From positions 68,331 to 132,330 of the forward strand of contig JAKOWB010000072.1 of the NCBI GenBank assembly GCA_029781795.1: a stretch of 64,000 bases of DNA, in the 5' to 3' direction. Position numbers and translations under genes: made by a program. The notes under the pieces are model-generated. The model saw only the letters and a list, made by a program, of their open reading frames with translations. It was not told the origin of the DNA and did not search any database. Positions within the stretch are counted from its first letter, which is position 1, and each line of letters opens with the position of its first letter. This DNA comes from Pseudomonadota bacterium (GTDB taxonomy: Bacteria > Pseudomonadota > Alphaproteobacteria > Kiloniellales > JACOMY01). Positions 42,161-50,246 of the stretch are shown one piece after another.

Positions 42161-42249
42161 CCCCTCTCCCATGCGCAGCATGGGGAAGGGATAGGGAGGG
42201 GGCGGTCGGTGTCGATCGAACCGTTCGCACCGCTAGACCGCCCCCTCCC
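42161..42249. repeat. REP-like palindromic elements: CCCCTCTCCCATGC..GCATGGGGAAGGG, then a 14-bp perfect inverted repeat GGGAGGGGGCGGTC..GACCGCCCCCTCCC
   Basis: Read directly. A related copy lies at 50131-50166. Confidence 0.55.
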
Positions 42250-42311
42250 CAACCCTCCCCCGCGCTTCGCGCGAGAGAGGGAGTCGTCTGTGCAAGCGCA
42301 CGCCTTGCGCC

Positions 42312-43505
42312 CTATCCCACCGGCCGGTTGGTCATCTCCAGGTGAAGCTGCTTGCCGGTATAGGGATGCGCGCGTGCCACGGCCTCGTTCAGCTCGACGC
42401 CGAGGCCCGGCTCGCTGGAGGGAATGACATAGCCCTCCTCCCACTGGATCGGCGTCTTCAGCAGCTCGGCGTAGAAGCCGCCCCAGGTCTGGATCGACTC
42501 CAGGATCAGGAAGTTCGGGCTGCAGGCGGCAACCTGGATGTTGGCGGCGCCCACCACCGGCCCGCAGTAGCAGTGCGGCGCGATCTGCGCGTAGTAGGTC
42601 TCGGCGATCGAGGCGATCTTCTTCGCCTCCAGGATGCCGCCGACACGCCCCAGGTCGAACTGCAGGATCGAGGCCGCGCCGCTCGCCAGCACGCGCTGGA
42701 ACTCGTACTTCGTCGCCAGGCGCTCGCCGGTGGCGATCGGCACCGAGGTCTTGCGCGCCACCTCGGCCATCATCTCCGGCATCTCCGGCGGCGTCGGCTC
42801 CTCGAACCACAGCGGGTCATAGGGCTCCAGCACCTTGGCCAGGCGCACCGCGCCCGAGACGCTGAACTGCCCGTGCGTGCCGAACAGCAGGTCGGCCTTG
42901 CCGCCCACCGCCTCGCGCACCAGGCGGCAGAAGTCGCCGGCCAGCTTGAGTTCCGCCTGGCTCGGCTGGCGCGGATCGAAGGCGGCATAGGGCGCGACGG
43001 GATCGAACTTCACCGCGGTGAAGCCCATGGCGACGTACTCCGCCGCGCGCGTCGCCGAGAGCTGCGCGTCCTTGTAGATCGCGTCGCTCTCGCCCTGCGC
43101 CGGGTCGGGATAGATGTAGGTATAGCTGCGCAGCCGCTCGTGCACGCGCCCGCCCAGCAGCTCGTAGACCGGCTTGCCCGCCGCCTTGCCGACCAGGTCC
43201 CAGCAGGCCATCTCCAGCCCCGAGACGATGCCCATCATCGAGACGTCGGGCCGCAGCATGAAGCCGGTGCCGTGCGCCTTGCGCCAGAAGCTCTCGATGT
43301 GGTGCGGGTCGCTGCCGATCAGGTAGCGGGCGGCCACGTCCTCGGCCATCTTCGCCACCAGGTGCGGGTCGAAGGGCACGGAGTAGATCTCGCCGATGCC
43401 GCTGATGCCGTCGTCGGTGGTCAGCTTGACGAAGATGAAGTAGCGCCCGCCGAAGCCGGGCGGCGGATTGCCCACGACGAAGGTCTCGCAGTCGGTGATC
43501 TTCAT
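42312..43505 (-). CDS. Enolase-superfamily enzyme (mandelate racemase/muconate lactonizing enzyme family; sugar-acid dehydratase-like)
   Basis: N-terminus reads MKITDCETFVV. The middle region has metal-ligand D/E spacing. 397 aa. Confidence 0.8.
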   Translation of the reverse strand: MKITDCETFVVGNPPPGFGGRYFIFVKLTTDDGISGIGEIYSVPFDPHLVAKMAEDVAARYLIGSDPHHIESFWRKAHGTGFMLRPDVSMMGIVSGLEMACWDLVGKAAGKPVYELLGGRVHERLRSYTYIYPDPAQGESDAIYKDAQLSATRAAEYVAMGFTAVKFDPVAPYAAFDPRQPSQAELKLAGDFCRLVREAVGGKADLLFGTHGQFSVSGAVRLAKVLEPYDPLWFEEPTPPEMPEMMAEVARKTSVPIATGERLATKYEFQRVLASGAASILQFDLGRVGGILEAKKIASIAETYYAQIAPHCYCGPVVGAANIQVAACSPNFLILESIQTWGGFYAELLKTPIQWEEGYVIPSSEPGLGVELNEAVARAHPYTGKQLHLEMTNRPVG

Positions 43506-43700
43506 GGCCCGCCCCTCCCCGAGGCGCGCGCCAGCCTAGCGCGGCCGGCGCCGCCCGCGCCCGCCCTGGAATCGCCGCCCGCTGTTTCCGGCGCGGCGCC
43601 AAACCCCTGGGTTGCTTAGCCCGCCCCCCATGCTCAACCAGCGTCGCGAACGCTTCGCAACTAGAATGCAGGCACCTCAATCGGCGGGAGGTTCCCTCAG

Positions 43701-44114
43701 ATGCCCTTCGCGGACGTCAACTGGATTGCCGTGCTGGCCAGTACCGTGGCCGGCTTCGTCTTCGGCGCCCTCTGGTACAGCGGCCTCGGCAAGGCCTGGC
43801 TGGCCGCGCTCGGCAAGACGGAGGCGGAACTGACCGAGGGCTATGCCGCCTCGCCCCTGCCCTATGTCATTGCCTTCGCCGCGCAGGCGACGATCGGCTT
43901 CTTCCTGATGCAGCTCCTGGTGCGTCTCGACTCCATGACCCTTGGCTCGGCCCTCGCCGCCGCGCTGGTGCTCTGGCTGGCCTTCATCCTGGGTCCCATG
44001 GCGGTGAACCACAGCTTCCAGCGCGCCAGCCGGCGCCTGACCCTGATCGACGCCGGCCATTGGCTCGGCGTGCTGCTGCTGCAGGCGCTGGTGATCTCGC
44101 TGGTCGGGCTCTAG
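43701..44114 (+). CDS. DUF1761-family small membrane protein
   Basis: 137 aa with 4 hydrophobic helices. Confidence 0.55.
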   Translation: MPFADVNWIAVLASTVAGFVFGALWYSGLGKAWLAALGKTEAELTEGYAASPLPYVIAFAAQATIGFFLMQLLVRLDSMTLGSALAAALVLWLAFILGPMAVNHSFQRASRRLTLIDAGHWLGVLLLQALVISLVGL

Positions 44115-44146
44115 CCCCGGCCGCCGCGCGCGGCTACACCAGCGGC

Positions 44147-44614
44147 ATGACGCTCTACATCGACGCCGATGCCTGCCCGGTGAAGGAGGAGGCGTTGCGC
44201 GTCGCGCGGCGCCACCGGCTGCCGGTGGTGCTGGTCTCCAACCGCGGCCTCAGGCCCAGCCCCGACCCGCTGGTGCGCCAGGTCGTGGTCAGTGACGCCT
44301 TCGACGCCGCCGACAACTGGATCGCCGAGCACGCCGGCCCCGGCGACATCGTCGTCACCGCCGACGTGCCGCTGGCCGCGCGCTGCGTGAAGGCCGGCGC
44401 CCAGGTGCTCGGCCCCACCGGCCGCCCCTTCACGCCGACCAACATCGGCATGGCCAGCGCCATGCGCGACCTCAAGGCCCACCTGCGCGAGACCGGCGAG
44501 GACCGGGGCTTCAACAAGAGCTTCACCAAGGACGACCGCGCGCGCTTCCTGCAGGCGCTGGAGCTGGCGGTGCGCGCGGCGCAGAAGAGCGCTCAGACCC
44601 CGCCCAGCACGTGA
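44147..44614 (+). CDS. YaiI/YqgE-type UPF0178 protein (DUF188)
   Basis: N-terminus MTLYIDADACPVK is characteristic. Internal ATG at 44147. Confidence 0.7.
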   Translation: MTLYIDADACPVKEEALRVARRHRLPVVLVSNRGLRPSPDPLVRQVVVSDAFDAADNWIAEHAGPGDIVVTADVPLAARCVKAGAQVLGPTGRPFTPTNIGMASAMRDLKAHLRETGEDRGFNKSFTKDDRARFLQALELAVRAAQKSAQTPPST

Positions 44615-44904
44615 ACCGCGCGCGTCGCGACCAGGGGCCGGGTCTTGGCGGCATAGGCCGCCATGTGCGGCGCGGCGGCGTGGGCCTTCAGCGCCTCCAG
44701 GCTTTCCCAGCGCTCGATGACGACGAAGCTGTCGGGGCCCAGCGGCGTTTGGATCGGCCCCACGTCCGGCAGGTCCACCGTCGCCTCGTAGGCGATGCAG
44801 CCGGCCTCGGCCAGCACGTTCGGCCGGTTCTCGGCGAAGGCGGCGAGGATCGTCGCGCGCTGGCCCGGCTTGGCGGTGATAATGGCGAGGACGTGGACGG
44901 TCAT
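44593..44904 (-). CDS. Antibiotic-biosynthesis-monooxygenase (ABM) domain protein
   Basis: ATG at 44904 follows GGAGA. The ferredoxin-like ABM fold pattern is present (VHVLAIITAKPG...ERWES). Its 3' end overlaps yaiI convergently by 22 nt. Confidence 0.6.
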   Translation of the reverse strand: MTVHVLAIITAKPGQRATILAAFAENRPNVLAEAGCIAYEATVDLPDVGPIQTPLGPDSFVVIERWESLEALKAHAAAPHMAAYAAKTRPLVATRAVHVLGGV

Positions 44905-45336
44905 GAGGCTGTCTCCTTCTGGCTGCGCCACCCGCCTCCGGCTCCGCCGGGAGAGGGCTCGGGTGCGGCTTCGCCTGTACGCCAACCGAATCCCGCGGCC
45001 GGCATTCTTCGCGCCGCGCCGCGTCGGAACAAGCGCTTAGCGGCCCACCCGGGGCGGTGGAAAAATCCCGCTTGCCTTCCACCCGCGCTGCGACTATACG
45101 TCGCGTCCCCTGACGGCCGGGTGGTCCGGCGTCGGGTGCCTTAGAGGGTTCGTCGTTCCGATGTCCGATCTGTCCATAGCCCGCGAGAGCTGGGTGGCGT
45201 TCACCGAACGCCCGGCGCCCTTGTGCGCCCACGCCCGGCCCACGCCCAAAGGCAGCCCGGCAGCCGACTGACGAGGAACTCCCTCTCTCCGCTGCTCCGG
45301 GCCCCAAGCAAGCCCATTCCTTCAGGAGCAGCGATC

Positions 45337-45453
45337 ATGGCCTTCCTTTATTTCATCCTCGTCGTCCTGCGCCTCGGCCAGGGGCCGCTGGCGCCGTCAC
45401 GGCCCGGTCTTGCGCGGGACGAGCAATCCCGCCGGGAGCGCGGCCGTGACTAG
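45337..45453 (+). CDS. Possible 38-aa small protein MAFLYFILVVLRLGQGPLAPSRPGLARDEQSRRERGRD (speculative)
   Basis: ATG lies 8 nt after AGGAG. One hydrophobic helix and a charged tail. No conservation evidence available. Confidence 0.25.
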   Translation: MAFLYFILVVLRLGQGPLAPSRPGLARDEQSRRERGRD

Positions 45454-45580
45454 GCGACGCCATTCGTTAGGCCATTGGCGGCTTCAAAGGCGCGGGTTCC
45501 AAGGCCCGCCTGGCGCCGGATCCAAACCGGCGTACCGAAGCCAAGCTGGATGCGGCCATCCCGGCCGCGTCGTGGTCATG

Positions 45581-45654
45581 GAGAGACTAGCTCAGCGGTA
45601 GAGCGGCCGGGTTCCCCCGGCAGGTCGCGGGTTCGACTCCCGTGTCTTTCACCA
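45581..45654 (+). tRNA. tRNA-like gene (Gly-like; anticodon loop only 6 nt, GTTCCC), CCA encoded
   Basis: Hand-folded. 7-bp acceptor (GAGAGAC/GTCTTTC), D-arm GCTC-AGCGGTA-GAGC, T-arm GCGGG-TTCGACT-CCCGT, variable loop AGGTC. The anticodon arm GCCGG-GTTCCC-CCGGC is one nucleotide short. Confidence 0.55.
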
Positions 45655-45656
45655 CA

Positions 45657-45728
45657 CTGCGTGTAGCTCATAGGTAGAGCACAGGACTGCAACTCCTGCG
45701 GTAGCGGGTTCGACTCCCGCCACAGCCA
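45657..45728 (+). tRNA. tRNA-Cys(GCA)-like gene with poorly paired acceptor stem
   Basis: D-arm GCTC-ATAGGTA-GAGC. Anticodon arm CAGGA-CTGCAAC-TCCTG gives anticodon GCA. T-arm GCGGG-TTCGACT-CCCGC. The 5' strand CTGCGTG pairs at only 3 positions with the 3' strand CACAGCC. Confidence 0.45.
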
Positions 45729-46034
45729 AAGACCCGGAAGGCCGGGGACGGCGGCGAACCTTGCGGGCGGCTTCGGCCACCCACGAGGTTCACGCCGACC
45801 AGGCCAGTCCCGGGCCGCCGCGGCGCCCCCGCCGGTACCGGACCCCCGGGTCCCAAGCCAGGCCATCCCGCGCCCCCGCCGCTCCGGCGGCGGGGCCGGG
45901 ACCGCCGGGCAAGGGGCCGGGGGTCCAGGCACCGGCGGCCGCCGCCCGGTCCGGGGCCCGCCCGGACGGTGCCCGCCGTCCCCGGTCCTTCCACTCTCTC
46001 TGCCAGGAGCGCTGTTTCAACTGGAGTACGTCAG

Positions 46035-47159
46035 ATGCTGTACCAGACCGTCACCATCACCGAAGCCCAGCTCGGCCTCGTCACGCGGCGCGGCCGCTAC
46101 CAGCGCCTGCTGACCGCCGGCACCTACCGGCTGCTCGCCCTCGGCGGCCTCGCCGTCGAGGTGATCGAGCTGCGGACGCGGCCCCTCGCCTCGCCGGCGC
46201 TGGAGCTGCTGGCGCGCACCCGTCCGGCCGAGATCGAGCCGCATGTCCTGACGGTCGACACCGGCGACGGCGAGGCCGTGCTGGTCTCCGCCGACGGCAA
46301 GCTGGTCGACCTGGTCGGGCCTGGCCAGCGCCGGCTCTATGCCCGCGCGCTGCAGGCCATGACCGTGGAGCGGCTGGACCTGCGTCAGGTCCTGCAGGTG
46401 CGCGAGGAGCTTCTCGCGCCGCTGCAGCGCATCGCGACCAGGGGCCAGCTCCTTACCGTGCTGGTCGGCCAGCGCCAGCAGGGCCTGCTCTACGTCGACG
46501 GCGTGCTGCAGGGCACGCTGGGGCCCGGCCTCTATGGCTACCTGACCCTGCTGCGGCAGGTGCAGGTGGTGACGCTCGACCTGCGTCTGCAGACGCTCGA
46601 GGTCCAAGGGCAGGAGATCCTGTCCAAGGACCGCGTCGGCCTGCGTGCCAACCTCACCGCGCTCTACCGCGTGACCGATCCGGTGACCGCCCTTGCCGTG
46701 GTGTCCGACGTGAAGGACTACCTCTACAAGGAGCTGCAGCTCATCCTGCGGCAGATCATCGGCCAGCGCACGCTGGAGCAGGTGCTGGGCGACAAGACCT
46801 CGATCGACGAGGAGCTCGCCACGCTGATCGCCGCCAAGGCGGCGACGGTCGGTGTCGAGGTCGCCTCGGTCGGCCTGAAGGACGTGATCCTGCCGGGCGA
46901 CATGCGGACCCTGATGAACCGCGTGATCGAGGCCGAGAAGACCGCCCAGGCCAACGTCATCAAGCGGCGCGAGGAGACCGCGGCCACGCGCTCCCTGCTC
47001 GCCACGGCGCAGATCATGCAGGACAACCCCCTGCTGCTGCGGCTGAAGGAGCTGGAGGCGCTGGAGAAGATCGCCGAGCGCGTCGGCACGCTCCGGGTCA
47101 GCGATGGCCTGGACGGCCTGCTGAAGCTGGTGACGCTGAAGCCTGACAAGGCTGCGTAG
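46035..47159 (+). CDS. SPFH/band-7 domain protein (slipin-like, no obvious TM anchor)
   Basis: Central SPFH region (ILSKDRVGLRANLTALYRVTDP...) followed by a coiled-coil tail. 374 aa. Confidence 0.8.
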   Translation: MLYQTVTITEAQLGLVTRRGRYQRLLTAGTYRLLALGGLAVEVIELRTRPLASPALELLARTRPAEIEPHVLTVDTGDGEAVLVSADGKLVDLVGPGQRRLYARALQAMTVERLDLRQVLQVREELLAPLQRIATRGQLLTVLVGQRQQGLLYVDGVLQGTLGPGLYGYLTLLRQVQVVTLDLRLQTLEVQGQEILSKDRVGLRANLTALYRVTDPVTALAVVSDVKDYLYKELQLILRQIIGQRTLEQVLGDKTSIDEELATLIAAKAATVGVEVASVGLKDVILPGDMRTLMNRVIEAEKTAQANVIKRREETAATRSLLATAQIMQDNPLLLRLKELEALEKIAERVGTLRVSDGLDGLLKLVTLKPDKAA

Positions 47160-47163
47160 GTGG

Positions 47164-47203
47164 AGGGCCCGTCGCCGGGAAACCGGTGGCGGGCCTTTTC
47201 CTT
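47164..47203 (+). terminator. Intrinsic terminator after the SPFH gene
   Basis: GGGCCCGTCGCCGGGAAACCGGTGGCGGGCC followed by TTTTCCTT. Confidence 0.7.
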
Positions 47204-47295
47204 GGGGCTGCCCCCTTGATCCAGCGCAAGGAATGCGCTGCCGTGGTCGCTAAGACCTTGTGCCAAGCAAGAACCGACGACGGGGACGGAACCAC

Positions 47296-49188
47296 ATGGG
47301 ACGCTATGCCGAGCTGCACCGCCGCTCGCTCGAGGACCCGGAGGGCTTCTGGGCCGCGCAGGCCGCGCGCATCGACTGGACGCGGCCCTGGGACCAGGTG
47401 CTGGACCTCAGCGAGGCGCCGGCGACGCGCTGGTTCCGCGGCGGGCAGCTCAACACCTGCTGGAACGCGCTGGACCGCCACGTCGCCGCCGGCCGCGGCG
47501 CGCAAGTGGCGCTGATCTACGACTCGCCGATGACCGGGCAGGTGCACAGCTACAGCTATGCCGAGCTCACCGACTACGTCGCGCGCTTCGCCGGCGCGCT
47601 GGCGGCCGAGGGCGTCGGCAAGGGCGACCGCGTCATCATCTACATGCCGATGGTGCCCGAGGCGGCGGTGGCCATGCTGGCCTGCGCGCGCCTCGGCGCC
47701 GTGCACTCCGTGGTCTTCGGCGGCTTCGCGGCGAACGAGCTGGCGACCCGCATCGACGACTGCCAGCCCAAGGTGATCGTCGCCGCCTCCTGCGGGCTGG
47801 AGCCGGGGCGCGTCGTCGCCTACAAGCCGCTGCTCGACGCCGCCATCGCCATGGCGGTGCACAAGCCCGCCCGCTGCATCGTCCTGCAACGACCGCAGCA
47901 CGCGGCCGAGCTGGGCGAGCGCGACGTCACCTGGGCGCACGCCATCGCCGGCGCGCCGCGCGCCGACTGCGTGCCGGTCGAAGCCACCGACCCGCTCTAC
48001 ATCCTCTACACCAGCGGCACCACCGGACAGCCCAAGGGCATCGTGCGCGACAACGGCGGCCACGCCGTGGCCCTGGCCTGGTCGATGGAAGGCCTCTATG
48101 GCGTGAAGCCGGGCGAGGTCTTCTGGGCCGCCAGCGACGTCGGCTGGGTGGTCGGCCACAGCTACATCGTCTATGCCCCGCTGATCTGCGGCGTGACCTC
48201 GGTGCTCTACGAGGGCAAGCCGGTCGGCACGCCCGACCCCGGCGCCTTCTGGCGCGTCATCCAGCAGCACCGGGTCGCGGCGCTCTTTACCGCGCCCACC
48301 GCCTTTCGCGCCATCCGCCAGCAGGACCCGAAGGGCGAGTACATCGGCAAGTACGACCTCAGCCACTTCCGCACGCTCTTCCTGGCGGGCGAGCGCTGCG
48401 ACCCCGACACGCTGGCCTGGGCCGAGGCACAGCTCAAGGTGCCGGTGGTCGACCACTGGTGGCAGACCGAGACCGGCTGGTGCATCGCCGGCAACTGGCA
48501 GGGGGTGGAGCCCATGCCGGTCAAACCCGGCTCGCCCACTGTCCCCGGCCCCGGCTGGGACCTCCGCGTGCTCGACCCCGAGGGGCACGAGGTGCCGCGC
48601 GGCCAGATCGGCGCGCTGGTGGCCAAGCTGCCGCTGCCGCCCGGCACCTTCCCCGGCCTGTGGAACGGGCGCGAGCGCTACGAGCGCGCCTACTTCGCCC
48701 ACTTCCCCGGCTATTACGAGACCGGCGATGCCGGGATGCTGGACCAGGACGGCTATGTCTTCGTCATGGCGCGCACCGACGACATCATCAACGTCGCCGG
48801 CCACCGCCTCTCCACCGGCGCGATGGAGGAGGTGCTGGCCAGCCACCCCGACGTGGCGGAATGCGCGGTGCTGGGCGCCGCCGACGCCCTCAAGGGCCAG
48901 GTGCCGCTGGGCTTCGTCGTGCTGAAGAAGGGCGTCAACCGCCCGCACCCGGAGATCGTGAAGGAGCTAGTGGCCCTGGTGCGCGACCGCATCGGCCCGG
49001 TCGCCGCCTTCAAGTCGGCCTGCGTCGTCGCGCGCCTGCCCAAGACCCGCAGCGGCAAGATCCTGCGCGCCACCATGCGCAAGCTGGCCGACGCCGAGCC
49101 CTTCAAGACGCCGGCGACCATTGACGACCCGGCGATCCTGGAGGAAATCAAGGGCGCGTTGCAGGGGATCGGCTACGCGAAGGGCTGA
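47296..49188 (+). CDS. prpE: Propionate--CoA ligase / acyl-CoA synthetase (PrpE-like)
   Basis: N-terminus RYAELHRRSLEDPEGFWAAQAARIDW plus the AMP-binding motif YTSGTTGQPKG. ATG at 47296. Confidence 0.8.
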   Translation: MGRYAELHRRSLEDPEGFWAAQAARIDWTRPWDQVLDLSEAPATRWFRGGQLNTCWNALDRHVAAGRGAQVALIYDSPMTGQVHSYSYAELTDYVARFAGALAAEGVGKGDRVIIYMPMVPEAAVAMLACARLGAVHSVVFGGFAANELATRIDDCQPKVIVAASCGLEPGRVVAYKPLLDAAIAMAVHKPARCIVLQRPQHAAELGERDVTWAHAIAGAPRADCVPVEATDPLYILYTSGTTGQPKGIVRDNGGHAVALAWSMEGLYGVKPGEVFWAASDVGWVVGHSYIVYAPLICGVTSVLYEGKPVGTPDPGAFWRVIQQHRVAALFTAPTAFRAIRQQDPKGEYIGKYDLSHFRTLFLAGERCDPDTLAWAEAQLKVPVVDHWWQTETGWCIAGNWQGVEPMPVKPGSPTVPGPGWDLRVLDPEGHEVPRGQIGALVAKLPLPPGTFPGLWNGRERYERAYFAHFPGYYETGDAGMLDQDGYVFVMARTDDIINVAGHRLSTGAMEEVLASHPDVAECAVLGAADALKGQVPLGFVVLKKGVNRPHPEIVKELVALVRDRIGPVAAFKSACVVARLPKTRSGKILRATMRKLADAEPFKTPATIDDPAILEEIKGALQGIGYAKG

Positions 49189-49194
49189 GCCTGC

Positions 49195-49335
49195 GGGCAG
49201 AGCTCCTGGCCCATCCTTCGAGACGCGGCTGCGCCGCTCCTCAGGATGAGGGCGGTTGCCGGTCCCGACATACCCACTCACCTCATCCTGAGGAGGGCGC
49301 GCAGGCGCCCGTCTCGAAGGATGAGCCGACAAGCG
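49195..49335. repeat. Nested perfect palindromes: outer CATCCTTCGAGACG..CGTCTCGAAGGATG enclosing inner CTCCTCAGGATGAGG..CCTCATCCTGAGGAG
   Basis: Read directly, in the prpE/SDR intergenic region. Confidence 0.6.
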
Positions 49336-49348
49336 AGGTCCAGCGATC

Positions 49349-50125
49349 ATGCGTCTCAAGGGTCAGGTTGCCGTCATCACTGGCGCGGCGGCGGGCATCG
49401 GCCTCGCCTGCGCCGAGGAGTTCGCCGCCGAGGGCGCCAAGGTGGTGCTGTCCGACGTCAACGTGGCGCGCGGCGAGGCCGCGGCCGAGGCGCTGCAGGC
49501 CAAGGGCCACGAGGCCCTCTTCATCGCCTGCGACGTGGGCGACAAGGCGCAGGTCGACGCGCTGATCGCCGGCGCGGTCGCCGCCTATGGCCGTCTCGAC
49601 TGCTGCGTCGCCAACGCCGGCATCGTGCATGTGGCGAACTTCCTCGACCTGACCGAGGCGGACTTCGACCGCGTGCTCAGGGTCAACCTCAAGGGCGTGT
49701 TCCTGACCGGCCAGGCGGCGGCGCGGCAGATGGTGAAGGAAGGCCACGGCGGCACCATCATCAACATGTCCAGCGTCAATGCCGAGCTCGCCATCCCCGC
49801 CATCACCCCCTACGTCGTCTCCAAGGGCGGCGTGAAGCAGCTCACCAAGGTCATGGCGCTCTCGCTGGTCGACCAGGGCATCCGCGTCAACGCCGTCGGC
49901 CCCGGCTCGATCAAGACCGAGGTCTTCGCCGCCGTCGCCAGCGACAAGGACAAGATGCGCGGCATCCTGATGCGCACGCCGATGGGCCGCGCCGGCGAGC
50001 CGCGCGAGGTCGCCCGGGTCTGCGTCTTCCTGGCCAGCGACGACAGCAGCTACATCACCGGCCAGACCATCTATCCCGACGGCGGCCGCATGGCGCTGAA
50101 CTACACCGTGCCGGTGAAGGAGTAG
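49349..50125 (+). CDS. SDR-family oxidoreductase
   Basis: TGAAAGIG glycine motif and the catalytic YxxxK. Confidence 0.85.
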   Translation: MRLKGQVAVITGAAAGIGLACAEEFAAEGAKVVLSDVNVARGEAAAEALQAKGHEALFIACDVGDKAQVDALIAGAVAAYGRLDCCVANAGIVHVANFLDLTEADFDRVLRVNLKGVFLTGQAAARQMVKEGHGGTIINMSSVNAELAIPAITPYVVSKGGVKQLTKVMALSLVDQGIRVNAVGPGSIKTEVFAAVASDKDKMRGILMRTPMGRAGEPREVARVCVFLASDDSSYITGQTIYPDGGRMALNYTVPVKE

Positions 50126-50130
50126 TCCTT

Positions 50131-50166
50131 GCCCCCCTCTCCCATCCGGCAGGATGGGGGAGGGTC
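50131..50166. repeat. REP-like palindrome CCCCTCTCCCATCC-GGCAG-GATGGGGGAGGG (paralogous to 42161-42190)
   Basis: Read directly, immediately after the SDR stop. Confidence 0.5.
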
Positions 50167-50246
50167 CAAGGCGCGCATGGCTCCCTCGCCTTGACACCCC
50201 GGCATCCGGCTTGGTTCCCTCGGCGCTTCTGCCGGGAGGGCCGCCG

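Noticed and set aside
41233-42810. 525-aa ORF extending the HIBADH-like gene through the REP palindromes
   Set aside because: The extension is low-complexity and runs through inverted repeats. An ATG with GGAGGAG RBS at 42138 precedes the Rossmann motif.
44593-44614. 22-nt convergent overlap of yaiI and the ABM gene as a regulatory antisense arrangement
   Set aside because: This probably reflects an imprecise stop or start choice in GC-rich sequence. There is nothing to suggest function.
45581-45730. Possibility that the odd tRNA-like sequences are pieces of a permuted two-piece tmRNA (ssrA)
   Set aside because: The first element has complete D and anticodon arms, which a tmRNA tRNA-like domain lacks. 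No tag-peptide reading frame ending in an ANDxxALAA-type sequence is apparent nearby.
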